Below are positions 41,201 to 55,250 of a DNA stretch of 64,000 nucleotides, piece after piece. How positions within the stretch are numbered: position 1 is the stretch's first letter; the number at the start of each line of letters is the position of its first letter. Origin of the DNA: the human T2T-CHM13v2.0 reference genome, Homo sapiens; NCBI RefSeq assembly GCF_009914755.1, contig NC_060931.1. One strand, written 5' to 3'. The notes beneath the pieces are model-generated. The model had not been told where the DNA came from, searched no databases, and saw nothing but the letters and a program-made list of their open reading frames with translations. The position numbers and the translations under genes are program-made.

Positions 41201-42158
41201 TTGTATAGATGTAGAAAAGTAAACTGATTTGAAACAGAATTATGAAAATTGACTGATTAAGATAATTTTAAACCTGCTAATATATCCTAAAGAGAGTTAA
41301 AAATAACTTGTTTTAAATTGCCAGAATTTTAGCTAAATCTAACAATAATGTGCCAAAAGCCGTTTTTTTTTCCACTAGATTTACCTCACTAGTTGTAAAT
41401 GACACAAAGCCCTAAGGGTCATTGTTCTATTAAGTTTAGCTTAAGTTAGAGAGTTTATGTTTGTCTTATCAAACCTCTTAAGTTCTTATGTGAACTAAAC
41501 ACAATCTATATGATCATTCCTTGATAGATATGCTATCTGAAATGGGCATATTTATTTATCTACTTTTAGTTGTTCAATGTTATGAACACTTAGCTTTTCT
41601 GGTCCAAGAGTGATAATGACTTCGAGAGTTTACAATATAAATCTACATAAAGAAAAATTTTGAGTGTTTTAAAGTGGCTCTAGTTATTTCCTTATGCCTT
41701 GTTTAATCTCCTGCTTTCAAAATGGAATATCTTTCAAACAGGTATTATATTAATATGACATTTTGGCATGTGTATATTCTCATTTTCTCTCATATGACAT
41801 GTTCTGTTCTATTTAAAAATCAAAACGTATCTCCAAAACTCTCCAAATCTTAGGTTCAATGTCATTGATGAATGTGAAGTTTTTCTTTTTCATTGTTCAT
41901 CATTGACAAGAGGAACAGGCAGATAACTTTAAAATATCATATTTAATAAAGTTCACCATGAAATTTCAAAGAATAATGGATTAGCTGGACAAAATAAAAA
42001 ATTTAACTCTTCTATTATACTGGTCAAAGATTTTTAAAGCAGGTAGAACGCCAGTTATTTCAATGACAGCCAACTTAGATGGAAAATAGAGAGAAGCAAT
42101 GTGCAGCCAACAGCCAGGGTGCATTTGTCTAAAGTGAGTTTGTGCGTGTAGGGAATGG

Positions 42159-44035
42159 GCAACTTCAGCAAAGTTTCAAAATAAAAAATCAGAGTGCAAA
42201 AGTCATTAACATTCTTATACACCAATAACAGTCAAGCTGAGATCCAAATTGGGAACATAATCACATTCACAATTGCCACACAAAAAATAAAATACCTAGT
42301 AATACAGCTAACCAGAGAGGTGAAAGATCACTACAAAGAGAACCACAAAACACTGCTCAAAGAAATTAGAGATGATGCAAATGGAAAAACATTGCATGCT
42401 CATGGATAGGAAGAATCAATATCATTAAAATGACCATATTGCCCAAAGCAATTTACATATTCAATGCTATTCCTATTAAACTAACATTGACATTCTTAAC
42501 AAAACTTCAAAAAACTGTTTTGAAATACATATGAAATTGAAAACAGCATGAATAACCAAGGCAATCATAAGCAAAGAGAACAAAGCTCGAGGCATCACAC
42601 TACCCAACTTTAAACTACACTACAGGGCTATAGTAATCAAAACAGCATGGTGTTGGTATAAAACCAGACACACAGACAAATGGAACAGAATAGAGAACCC
42701 AGAAATAAGGCTGCATACCTACAACTACCTGCTCTTCAACAAGTCTGACAAAAACAAGCAATGAGGAAAGAATTTCCTACTCAATAAGTGGTGCTGGGAT
42801 AACTGACTAGCCATCTGCAGAAGACTGAAACTGGACCCCTTTCTTATACTATATACAAAAAAATTAACTCAAGATGGATTAAAGATTTAAACATAAAACC
42901 CCAAATTACAAAAGCCCTGGAAGACAACCTAGGCAATACCATTCAGGACCTAGCCATGGGCAAAGATTTCATGATAAAGATGCCAAAACCAATTGCAACA
43001 AAAACAAAAATTGACAAATGTGATCTAATTAAACTAAATAGCTTCCACACAGCAAAAGAAACTATCAACAGAGTAAACAGACAAACTTCAGAATGGAAGA
43101 AAATTTTTGCACACTATGTATCTGACAAAGGTCTAATATCCAGCATCTATAAGGGACTTACACAAATTTACAAGAAAAAAAAACATTAAAAAGTGGGCAA
43201 AGGACATGAATAGACACTTTTCAAAAGAAGGCATATGTGTGGCCAATAATTATATGAAAAAAAGCTCAACACCACTGATCATTAGAGAAATGCACATCAA
43301 AAGCACAATGAGATACCATCTCATACCAGTCAGAATGGCTATTATTAAAAACTAAAATATAACAGATGCTGGCAAGGTTGTGGAGGAAAAGGAACACTTA
43401 TACATGATTGGTGAGAATGTACATTAGTTCAGCCATTGTGGAAGAGAGTGTGGCGATTTCTCAAAGACCTAAAGACAGGAATACCATTTGACTCTGCAAT
43501 ACTATTACTGGGTATATACCCAAAGGAGTATAAATCATTTTATTATAAAAAAACACATTCACGCATATGTTTATTGCAGCGGTATTCACAATAGCAAAGA
43601 CATGGAATCAACATCAATGCCCATAAATGGTAGACTGGATAAAGAATATGTGTTACATACACAATAGAATACCATGCAGCCATAAAAAAGAATGAGATCA
43701 GGTCCTTTGCAGGAACATAGAAGGAGCTGGAAGTCACTATCCTTAGCAAACTAACACAGTGACAGAAAACCAAATATGACATGTTCTCACTTATAAGTGG
43801 GACCTAAATGATGAGAACACATGGACTTGTAAGAGGGAACAACAAACACTGGGGCCTTTTGGAGGGTGGAGGTTAGGAAGACCGAGAGGATCCGGAAAAA
43901 TAATGAGGATTAGGCTTACTACCTGGGTAATGAAATAATCTGTATAACAAACTCCCATGACACAAGTTTACCTATGTAACAAACCTGCACTTGCACCACT
44001 TAACTTAAAATAGAAGTTTTTTTTAAAAAAAGAAA
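42159..44035 (+). mobile_element. 5'-truncated L1PA15/16-like element (ORF2 C-terminal part plus 3'UTR)
   Basis: ORFs at 42194-42409 ([15 protein letters not shown]...) and 42956-43189 ([16 protein letters not shown]...) are L1 ORF2p segments. 3'UTR and A tail present; multiple stops. Confidence 0.95.
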
Positions 44036-46005
44036 ACAAAAGCCAACAATTAATATCAGTAGTAGACTTTGCTAGATCAACCCTGACTCACTAAAACAAG
44101 ACAAAATTGTTGGTTAGAAAAAGGAAGGTTGTTGAAGAGTGTAATGAATGTTTGATATCTGGATGCTTATTAGGTGTCCCATAGTATGAAACAGCAGCTA
44201 TGCTGTGGTTAGTTATGGAACATACAAATTACCAATAAAATTTTTAAATGGTAGACCCAACTCCTAAAAATTTCACTTACTGGGTACATAAGAAAATGCA
44301 AACAAAATAAGAAACTAGCTAAATATACAATCTTTATTTATTTATATCTGTAATAGTTTGTATTTCGTCCAGTCCCATCTGCTGCTGCTAGTCTGTGAGC
44401 TGCTACCAAAGAACAAAACTGCTGAAAAGACAGATAACATCTCTACAGCTGCTGGTTGCCAAAAGGGTAGTCCAGTAAATCAGGATAACCAAGAAACTAC
44501 TGAATCCTGAGGGTACAGGATAAACAAGTTGTCTCATTTTGTAAAGCGGTATCATCAGATTTCTGGAAAATCCTTACTAAAATGGATTGTGAAAGATTTA
44601 GAAGTCTCCTTTGTTTTGATTGCTGCAGAAAGGAAGAGTATGTTGTGTTGATGCCGGCCTCACAACTTATTAGTGAGTAATAACAAATGAATGAAGGTAC
44701 ATGATCCAAACATACAACAGTTTTCTTACAGGACAGCTAGCCTGTTGGACTGGATAAAAGCTGCTATAAAGTTTTCTTGTCCTGAGAAAATAAATTATCC
44801 TTCTCTTTTAAAAGCCAAGTGGAACTCCCCATTTGAAGTGGCTGATGTGCATATACAAGACACACTGGTTTTCAGGATGTTCATTTATTTAATACACCCC
44901 TTACCTGAATCATGGTAAATACTATGATTAAGGATCCCATTTTATATATAACATTAGTGCTACAAAATCAAGCAATAATTTAAGAAGACATATCAGATTT
45001 GTTGTCTCAGCTTTCCCTTATTGTCTTACAGATGCTAAAAAAAATTAGAGTAGGTCACAAAGGAAAGAAAAAATAGAAAAGACATGTTTATGAGACTTAT
45101 CACAGCATGCAAGAAGTCTTTAAATACTATGAAAGTAAGGGGTGAATAAAGTCAACATTGCCAAGGTAAACACAAGGCTATAATATAGCACCATTGTGAT
45201 TTGGTGAACCAATGAGAACTCCTGCTTTTCATCCAACATCAAGGGACCCTAAACAAATCTACTCTCTTTATCCTAGTTTGGAGAAATTAAAAAAAAAAAA
45301 AAAGAAAAGCAAAGATATCAAAGAGAAACCTGAGCTTGAATGGCTGAGAATGATTGCCCCCAAAATTAATTTGGGTGGAGATTGACAAAAGATCTAGGAT
45401 CTCTTGGCCTATCCTCCAGTTGGAGACCCAGGGACTTCAGGCCATATGCATACATGTGGGTAAAATGGCCACATGGCCATTACCATTACCATACCCAGGT
45501 GGAAATAAAAACTTTCTGGGGCTGCTTGCCACAGTGCATTTACTGTAACTTCAACACTTGTTGATATTCTAAATGGGGCAATAATTAGGTTGAAAGCATA
45601 TGAAAATGGAAACTTTATGGGGTTAAAGTAATAATTTGTATAAAATTGGAATATTTTAACAGATTTTATGTGAAGTGGTTGTGTCTCCTTTACCTGAATG
45701 TATTATTGCAATGGATATTATGTCTAATTTAGGAACACTTCCCTCACCTAGTATCATAAAATGGAAGGCATATAAATTTGTCCCTTTGCTAGTATTAATT
45801 GGACATGCAAAATGGGAACCTATAAATTTACTTGAACCCACACAGCTTGTTAATATATAATAGTATCAGATATCTAGTAAAACCAAAGGCATTACCACTT
45901 GTCATCATCCCTGTTATCTGTGAATGTTTTGAATTATTTGGAAATAGGTTCTTTGCACGTATAATCACACTGGATACTAATCCAATGTGACTTGTACCCT
46001 TATAA

Positions 46006-46318
<313 letters not shown>

Positions 46319-46388
46319 CTGAAGAGAAATATTTGGACACAGACACACAGGAAAAGTTCTGTGTGTTGACAGAGATTAGAATGAGGCC

Positions 46389-46895
46389 ACTGATGATTAA
46401 TTTTTTGTGTGTAAACTATACTGAGCTAAGGGATGCCCAGATAGTTGGTAAATATTGTTTCTGGGTGTGTCTGTGGAGGTGTTTCTGGAAGAGATTAACA
46501 TTTGAATCAGTGGACCAAGTTAAAAATAATCTACCACACCAATTAGTGTGGATGAGGATCATCCAATCTGTTGAGGGCCTGAATAGAATAAAAAGGTAGA
46601 GGAATTGCAAACTTTCTCTTTCTTTTTCATCTGGGACATCCATCTTCTTTTGACATCCAACAGCAGAGCTCCTGGTTCTTGGGCCTTTGGACTGTGCCCC
46701 TCCACCACCCTGACCCTAGTTCTCAGGCCTTTAGACCCAGATGGAGTTATACCACTAGCTTTCCTGGGTCTCCAGCTTGCAAACAGCAGATGGTGAGACT
46801 TCTTGGTCTTCATAATCATGTAAACTGATTCCCACAATAATCTCCTTATATGTATGTCTATAGCCTATTCCTTCTAAAGAACCATGACTTGTACA
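46389..46895 (+). mobile_element. MLT2 (C/D-like) LTR inside MLT1C
   Basis: 'tgatgattaattttttgtgtgtaaact...ctgggtgtgtctgtggaggtgtttctggaagagattaacatttgaatcagtggac...gaaccatgacttgtaca'. Confidence 0.9.
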
Positions 46896-47904
46896 CAGCT
46901 TCAAGAGAAAGAATGGCATGGATTGACAGCCACAATCCATGCGAAAAAAGTGAGAAAGATTTAAGGAAAGATTCTCTTCTGCTGCTTTCAGAGGGAGCAT
47001 GACCCCGCTAACACCTTAATTTTGGACTTTTGGCCTACAGAACTATGAGACAAAACATTTCTGTTGTTTAAAGCTATCTAGCTTGTAGTACATTTTTTTT
47101 TAATGACAGCCCCAGGAAAGTAATACACCACTTTAATTAATGACAAGTTAGAAGTTCTAGTGCTGATACCAACAAATTCTATTTACAATAGTCCTGAGTG
47201 GCCCGTGAAAAAGGCAAATGATTTACAGAGACTAACAGTAGATTACCAAGGCTTTGATAAAGTAATTCCACCTATAGCAACAGCAGTCCTTGATAGTGCA
47301 AAAGATACAACAAGCTAAAAGAGACTAGAACTCAGTGATTAAATCTGCAACTGCTTTTTTCTTTATTTCAATCTTGGTTTGGAGTCAAAAGCAGTTTTCC
47401 TGGAAGGACACCAATTTACCTTTATTGTATTGGTAGCGTTATTTGAATTCACCAGCTTACTGTCATTATTTAAATGAACAAGGGGTTTGGCCTTAAAGCA
47501 GGTCTCAAGTGTGAATATACACTACATTGATGACAGCATGGTAATATCAGAAACTGAACAACAAACTGTCAGTGATATAAATGTAGTAGTGACATGTGTG
47601 ACTGCCAGAGGCTGGTTGATAAATCCAGAAAGGATACAAGGATCACCCAAAAGGTGAGATTGTTAGGAGTAACTTCGGCAGGAGTCACCTATAACATCAT
47701 ACAGGCAGCTATATATACTGCTAATTGTTGCTACTATGGAAATTAGCAAGAGGAAAAGGACTTTGTTGGATTATTTTGATTTTGGAAACCTGTATTTCAC
47801 ATCTGGGACTATTGACAGTTCATGTTGCCTAAAAGAAGTTCATATTTGTATGGAGGCCTGAACAACAAAAGCCTATGTCTTAATTGTAATAAGTGGTGGC
47901 TTAA

Positions 47905-48234
47905 TCAATGCCTACAAGACTAACTGACATCCAATTAACATCCTGGACACCAAAGCTCTGATGATCTTCCCTAACTGATAACATTTCACATATGTTGACA
48001 CACTTTTGGGAGAATTAAGCACACCCATTAAACTCCTTTGAGAGAGGACCCTTCCTTGGAAACTTGTACCTCCTTTCTCCTGAACTTGACTAATGCACAT
48101 TTTCCCCTTTGTTGGTTTTAAATGATATCATTTTGCCCTAAAAAACTTTACCATAAGTATAACAGCTTTTGAGTTCTGTGAATCCCTTTATCAAATCATC
48201 AAGTCTGCATATTATCATAGGGAACCCTGACACA
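47905..48234 (+). mobile_element. MER21C/MER77-like LTR 3' portion
   Basis: 'ctggacaccaaagctc...gggagaattaagc...gtataacagctttttgagttctgtgaatccc...ggaaccctgacaca'. Confidence 0.75.
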
Positions 48235-48436
48235 ATTGTCAGTTGTCTTTTGGAAATATTTCAAAAACAAGAAAAAATATATTTTTTTGAATTACTATTT
48301 ATATTGTCTTAATCCCTTTGTGTACATCCAGATTTCCATCTGGTATCATCTTCTTTTTGAGTGAAGGACTTTCTTTAACATTTCTAAAATGTGTATTTGT
48401 GGGGATGAATTCTTTCAGTTTTTCTAGTTTTAAACT

Positions 48437-48715
48437 TGTATTAGTTAGGGTTCTTTTAGAGGGACAGAACTGACAGGAGAAAGATGTAGGCTGGGAGGCT
48501 AGGCCCGTCTCTCCTTTTCACGTTTTTCTGCCTGCTTTATGTTCACTGGCAGCTGGTTAGATTGTGCCCACTAGATTGAGGGTGGATCTGCCTTCCCCAG
48601 CCCACTGACTCAAATGTTAATAATCTCTTTTGGCAACACCCACACAGACACATCCAGGTTTAATACTTTGTATCCTTCAATCCAATCAAGTTGACACTCA
48701 CTATTAACCATCACA
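48437..48715 (-). mobile_element. MLT2A1/A2 solo LTR, internally deleted
   Basis: tgtattagttagggttc...ttaaccatcaca termini. TSD aaact/acact. Only 279 bp long. Confidence 0.9.
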
Positions 48716-48739
48716 ACACTAGTCTTTATCTTGTCTTCC

Positions 48740-50364
48740 TTTTTTTGTGGTAAGAACATCTAACATGTCTGCCCTTTTAAAATATTTTTAAGTTTACAAT
48801 ATTAGCATTGCATCTTTAGCCACAATGTTGTACATCCTATCATCATGCGTAACTGAAATATTATAGATATTGATTAGCAACTCCCTACTTCCCTCTTCCC
48901 CCAGCCTCTGGCAATCACTATTTTATTCTTTGTGTGTATCATTTTAACTACTTTAGATGCTTGATATAAATGGAATCATGCCTATTTGTCCTGCTATAAC
49001 TAACTCATATCAATTAGCATAATGTCTTTAAGGTTAATCCATGTTACCATAGTTGTAGAATGTCCTTTTTTTAAAAGCTAAATAATATTCCATGGTGTGT
49101 TTATACTATATTTCCTGTGTCCATTTACCTGTCAATAGACACTTAGGTTGTTTCCACATCTTGCTTATTGTGGATAATGCTGCAATGAACATTGAAGTAC
49201 TAACATCTCTTGGAAATCATGATTTCAATTATTTTTGGTAAATAAGCAGAAGTAAGATTGCTGGATCATATGGCAGTCCTACTTTTAACTTTTTAAGGAA
49301 CCTCCATACTGTTTTACATAGCAGCTGCATTCCTACCAACAATTTACAATGGTTTCCATTGCCCCACCTCCTCACCAACACTTGTTTTCTTCTTTCACTC
49401 TTTTTTTTTTAACATAATAGTCATTCTGACAGAAGTTAGGTGATATCTTATGTAGTTTTGATGTGCATTTTCATGATGATTAGTAATATTGAGCATCTTT
49501 TCATATGCCTGTTGGCAATTTGTATGTCTTCTTCGGAAAAATGTCTGTTCAAAGACTTCCCATCTTAAAAATCAGGGTTTTAATGTAGTTCCAACTTGTC
49601 TATTTTTGCTTATGTTACCTGTGTTTTTCTCATCATATTCATGAGGTTATTACTAAGACCAATGTCATGAAGCTTTTCACCTATATTTTCTTCTAGAAGT
49701 TACACAGTTTCAGATATTAAAGTCTTTCATCTATTTTGAGTTAATTATAGGGCAGAAATAAAAGAGAGATTAGAAAATAATGCAATAATTCAATGAAATT
49801 AATAATTTTTTTGAAAAGACAAACAAATTTGATAACCCTTTAGCTAGGCTAATTAGAAAAAAGAAAAGAAGACTCAAGCAAATAAGGCAAGAAATAAAAG
49901 AGGACACATTATAACTGATGCCACAGAATTAAAAACGTATCATAAGAGACTAGTATAAATAACTCTATGCCAACAAAATGGATAACCTAGACGGAATAAA
50001 TTCTTAGAACCATATAACTTACCGAGACTGAATCATGAAGAAATTGAAAGTCTGAACAGGCCTACAACCAGTAAGGAGATTGAATCAGTAATCAAAAACC
50101 TCTCCCCTAAAAAAGGCTAAGACCAGATGGACTCACTGGAAAATTCTACCAAACATTCAGAGAATTAATGCCAATCCTCCAACTATTCCAAAAAATTAAA
50201 AAGGAGATATCACTTCCAAACTCATTTTATGAGGCCAGCATTACCTTGCTACCATAGCCAACGACATTAAAAGACAAAGAAACTGTAGGCCAATATCTCT
50301 AATGAACAGAACGTAAGCTCAAAATTCCTTAACAAAATACTAGCAAACTAAATTCAAAAGCATA
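48740..50364 (-). mobile_element. L1MA-type element with inverted 5' segment
   Basis: 48740-49745 is a minus-strand L1 3' end. 49746-50364 is plus-strand upstream ORF2. Degenerate TSD ttgtcttcct/ttgccttcat. Confidence 0.85.
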
Positions 50365-50419
50365 TTGCCTTCATTTGGGGATACTTTTTTTCACTTGGTA
50401 TAGAATTATAGGTTTACAG

Positions 50420-51071
50420 TCAGTGTGGCGATTCCTCAGGGATCTAGAACTAGAAATACCATTTGACCCAGCCATCCTATTACTGGGTATATACCCAAAG
50501 GATTATAAATCATGCTGCTATAAAGACACATGCATACGTTATGTTTATTGCAGCACTATTCACAATAGCAAAGACTTGGAACCAACCCAAATGTCCAACA
50601 ATGATAGGCTGGATTAAGAAAATGTGGCACATATACACCATGGAATACTATGCAGCCTTAAAAAATGATGAGTTCATGTTCTTTGTAGGGACATGGATGA
50701 AGCTGGAAACCATCATTCTCAGCAAACTATCGCAAGGACAAAAAACCAAACACCGCCTGTTCTCACTCACAGGTGGGAATTGAACAATGAGAACACATGG
50801 ACACAGGAAGGGGAACATCATACACTGGGTCCTGTTGTGGGGTTGGGGGAGAGGGGAGGGATAGCATTAGGAGAGATACCTAATGCTAAATGATGAGTTA
50901 ATGGGTGCAGCACACCAACATGGCACATGTATACATATGTAACAAACCTGCATGTTGTGCGCATGTAGCCTAAAACTTGAAGTATAATAAAAATAAAATA
51001 AAAAATTAAAAAAATTAGAAAATAGAAAAACAGTAGATCTAATAAATCCAAATGCTGTTGTAAAAAAAAAG
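50420..51071 (+). mobile_element. 5'-truncated L1PA4/5-like element with probable 3' transduction
   Basis: The ORF at 50463-50783 includes the ORF2p C-terminus (MFIAALFTIAKTWNQPKCP...YTMEYYAA). Perfect 17-bp TSD gaattataggtttacag at 50403-50419 and 51072-51088. Confidence 0.95.
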
Positions 51072-54000
51072 GAATTATAGGTTTACAGGTTTTTTTGTAT
51101 CTACTTTAAATATATTGTTCAATTATCTTACTTATTTCCATCAAGAAATCTCCTATTATTCTCATCTCTGTTCCTCCCTAACAATTCTCTATGTGCCTTT
51201 CTCTTTAGCTACTATTAGTATTTCATTTTTATCACGACATTGGAGCAAATATGATGTGCCTTAGTGTATTTTCTTTCTGTTTATTGTGTTTGGGTTTTGT
51301 TAAACTTCTAGGGTCAATGAAATAATGTTTTCCATTATTTTGGGAAATTTTCAGCCATTATTTTGTCGAATATATTTCTGCTCTTACTTCTCCTTCAGGG
51401 ACCATAATTATTTATGTATTAGGCTGCTCCAAGTTATCCCACAGCTTGTTGATTTATCCTTTCTTGTATGCTTCCTTTCTTCTTTCTTTCTTTTACAAAT
51501 CTTTGTGTGTGTGGTTCTATCCTCCCTTCAGAAAGTCTCTTCACTGATTTCTCAGCTGAATAACTGAAAGAATCTTTTGAAGATCTTCAGATTTCTATCT
51601 TGTTTCTAGTACTCTTCTGGGAACTATTGGCACCTGTCTCCTAGGACCACAGAACCGCATCTCCCCACCTGAAAGATTCCATTAGGTTCTTCCTGGTTTC
51701 TTCTTTCTGTGCCATCATTTGGAAACTGTCCAGGCTCTAAGTAAAGAGAAGCATGGTGTTCAACACTTTTTTGCTTCCCGGCTCATAGGGATTGCTGTTC
51801 TTTGACTTCTGACACCCATTGCCTTGAAACCACTCCTTCATATATATTATTGTTAGTTTTCAGTTATTTCAGGTAGAAGAGTAAATTGAACCCTATTACT
51901 ACACAACAAACAAAAGGGGACATCTTCTGGTATATTTGGAGATGTTTCAACCACTTTTTATGCTTCCTTGCTTTACGGGATATATAGAGTTCCAAGCTAA
52001 TTTTTCACTTTCTAAGTGTCAACCCAGTAGGGGAGTCCTAGGTCCATTAGTGGAGAATGGTAATAAAATATCTTATGTTAGGGACGCTTACCGCTAGCAA
52101 AGTGTTGTTGAATCCAAGCCCTCTCAGTTGGCTGAGCTAAGAAAGTTTTGTGTGTATGTGTGTATGTATATATGTGTGTACATATGTATAATAGCAACTG
52201 CAAAACACTTTTAAAGTTGTAAATATATCTAGAATAGGATTTGCTCCAATAATAATAAAACAAAATAACTATAAGTAACAAATGACTCATTTTTAATCAA
52301 TAATGTTAAACTTAAGGTTAAAAATTAAATACACAATTTACTTTGTCAGTAGTGTAAATATATATAAAAATACATAAACATTTTACTTAATAGTTGATAT
52401 AAGTTCAAGGTAGTAAAGATATGAAAATTTATTTCATCTTTGTGCTTTTGGATTGATGGTGTACCTGATTTTTTTTTCTACCATCATTGTACATTATTCT
52501 AGATATATTTCAAAATAAGTCATGGGAAAGATCAAGTATCATGATAGTTTCAGTTACTTCAGTTCCTAGTAATGTCTGGTTTCTTGCTTTTAAAAACTGT
52601 ATTTGCAAAACCATAAAAGGAAATAAATGAACAATAGCCTTCTGATCATCTACAATATGTTGCCTATAGCACATTTCAAATACATCCATATCGGTTTCTA
52701 ATATTTGGTTGACAGAGTCCTCTGTTTCCTTTTCCAGTGATTAGGAAATGGAAAAACAATTACTTTAAAAGAACATGAACTGTGACCTAATAACTCTATA
52801 ACTTCATACTATGTGGTATTATTAAATGAAACTATATGTGTGATATGATATTATGAAAAGGTTGCCTTAAAGAAACTCCACAAAAATAGCAACTAGAAAA
52901 AAATAATTCTAAAACCAAATGAGTCTCCTGCCAAAAAAAGGTAAGAAATAAATAGAAAAGGCAATTCTTGACATATTTTCTACTAGAGTGGTAGTACTAA
53001 TGACTTATATACATTGCAGTCATAATAATATGAGGTTGTGAAAACCGTGTAAAAGAAGTTTTCATTGAATTTTTCAAATAACTTCACAAATTTTAGCATC
53101 CTTGATTTAAAAATCCCTCTCTTTATTTTCTTCCTGTTATTTGCTTCTAATATCAGGTGGTAGAAATTAAATTTCTTTGTTTCTTAAGCATTTTGATTAG
53201 CTGTTTTGATTAGCTGTTTTTATTTAATATTAGAACTTTTCTGAAAGATGCATTAAAAGAAAGGAAAAAAGTCTAGCTTAGTTGAAGTAATAAACATTTT
53301 AGTACTAGAAATAACAGAAAAGTAGAAACAGATATAAATTGATATATTAGCCAAAGATGGATCATTTTCCAGATGAGATTTAATAACCAAGTTAAAGGAA
53401 CATTAATATTGACTTTTATGATGCTTGTAATCCCTATCACTTTAGAGAGTGCTTTATCCCCTCCCATTCGTTTCTCATCCCCAGATATGAGGCAGAAAAT
53501 TAGTAAATAAAAAGTGTGAGTATACTAAAGGTGGTAGACTTTTTAACTTTTTGTAATGCATTGACATTCTTAATCTCTGTGGGTAATTTTAACACAGGAA
53601 TCAGACAGTTTAACCTACCTTGAAATTAGATGTACGCTATTGATTTGTCTTTTCTTGATGGTCAGAAAGGGACAATTGATGGCATTCTCAATTCCTATTT
53701 ACTTTTAATTTTTCCGGAAGTTTCACATTTGTTATTATTTTCTCACTGATTTTTCAACTCTTTCTCAATTTTACTTATTCTGAATCAAAATTTGACATGG
53801 CACCATTAGTTGGAAAACTCATTTCTATTTTCAGATGTTAATCTGTTACTTACTCATGATACATTTCATATTGTCTCTAGATACTATTAATTTGTTCCAT
53901 ATATTCATTTCTTGCAGAAAACTTTATTAGACTTCACCCATTATCCACCTTTAATTTTTGAAACCATAATCTCAATTCTCTTCTTCAGACTTTATATCAA

Positions 54001-54561
54001 ATACCTGTCAAAAACTAAGGATATATAAATGTTACTAGTTTAAACTAGACACATGCTTCATTTAGCAATTCAGCCTGAAAGTCTCTTTGGGAATTCAGTC
54101 TTTTCCCTGGTGATGATGGATGTGCCTACCTACTGTCATTTTATTCTAGTTAGCATTCTGCTTTTCACGTGAATAATCTCTAAAATACAAATTGTGCAAA
54201 CTGCTTATACTGATGTTTAAAATAATCTTTTATTTTATTGTCTCTAAAACAACCTAACATAACTACTGCAAGCAGAATGATTATTATATCTTCTTTGGTG
54301 AGAAGGAATCATTTACTGTCTTTTTCTCTCCAAAAGTCTGTATCCAGTTTCATCTCAATCTGACCTAAATTTCCCTTTCTTATCTTTTACCTGAAAATGT
54401 ATGCTACATAGTTTTTACCCCTGCCTCTCTGAAAAGTTTGAGAAGTGTCATTCCTTAAATATATCTTGTTTACATCTCCAAGTTATTTTCTTTGTTACTC
54501 CTTCCTCAAATAATTTTAAACCCATTTAGCTTGAGAAAACTAGCATTTATGTTTTAAGACG

Positions 54562-54933
54562 TGTATTAGTTCCTTACCACTCTGCTACAAAGAAGTGGCC
54601 AAGTCTGGGTACTTTATAAAAGAGAGAGGTTTATTTGACTCACATTTCCCCAGGACTGGGAGACCACAGGAAACTTACAATCATGGCAGAAGGGGAAACA
54701 AACATGTCCTTCTTCACATGGCTGCAGGAAGGAGAAGAATGAAAACCGAGCAAAGGGGGAAGCCCCTTATAAAACCATCAGATCTTCTGAGAACTTACTA
54801 TCATGAGAAAAGTATGGGAGAACCACCCCCATGATTCAACTACCTCCCGCTCGGTCCCTCACACAACACGTAGGGATTATGGTAACTGCAATTCAAGATG
54901 CGATTTGGGTAGGGACACAGCCAAGCTAAAGCA
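54562..54933 (-). mobile_element. THE1C/D solo LTR
   Basis: 'tgtattagtt...gaaacttacaatcatggcagaagggg...ccttataaaaccatcagatct...gggacacagccaagctaaagca'. TSD agacg/agact. Confidence 0.92.
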
Positions 54934-55029
54934 AGACTCTGTTCAAATATCCCATGCTGTGAAAGTTTTTGATTCTGTTTAATTATTGGTATATAAAAGA
55001 AATTATTTCAGTGTGGCATATGAGAAAAA

Positions 55030-55250
55030 AATAAAAGAAACAGAAACCTGAGCTAGAATTTTAACTCTGTCCCTCACTCATCTTCATGCGCATGTATCAG
55101 TCACTTACTGTTCTTGAGCTCCAGTGTTCTCTACTGAAAATAGTAGTATTTGTAGCCACTTCATAGTTGAAGAGCATAATGGTGATAAGTTGTTTATAGT
55201 AACTCACATAGTTTTGATATCCTGTAGGTTCTCAATAAGTGTTGGTACTA
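55030..55250 (+). mobile_element. MIR
   Basis: 'cagaaacctgagctagaattttaactctg...agtcactta...gtaggttctcaataagtgttgg'. Confidence 0.7.

Larger units (their letters stand above)
48240..51900 (-). mobile_element. Old L1M host element carrying MLT2A, inverted L1MA and L1PA insertions
   Basis: The host sequence is continuous once inserts are removed ('gaattctttcagtt...agtctttatcttg[t/c]cttca...tatagaattataggtttacag...tttaaatatattgttc'). Confidence 0.75.

Noticed and set aside
42159-44035. Potentially active L1
   Set aside because: 5'-truncated, old subfamily, with ORF2 broken by stops and frameshifts.
53191-53220. 13-bp tandem duplication ttttgattagctg x2
   Set aside because: An ordinary micro-duplication with no functional context.
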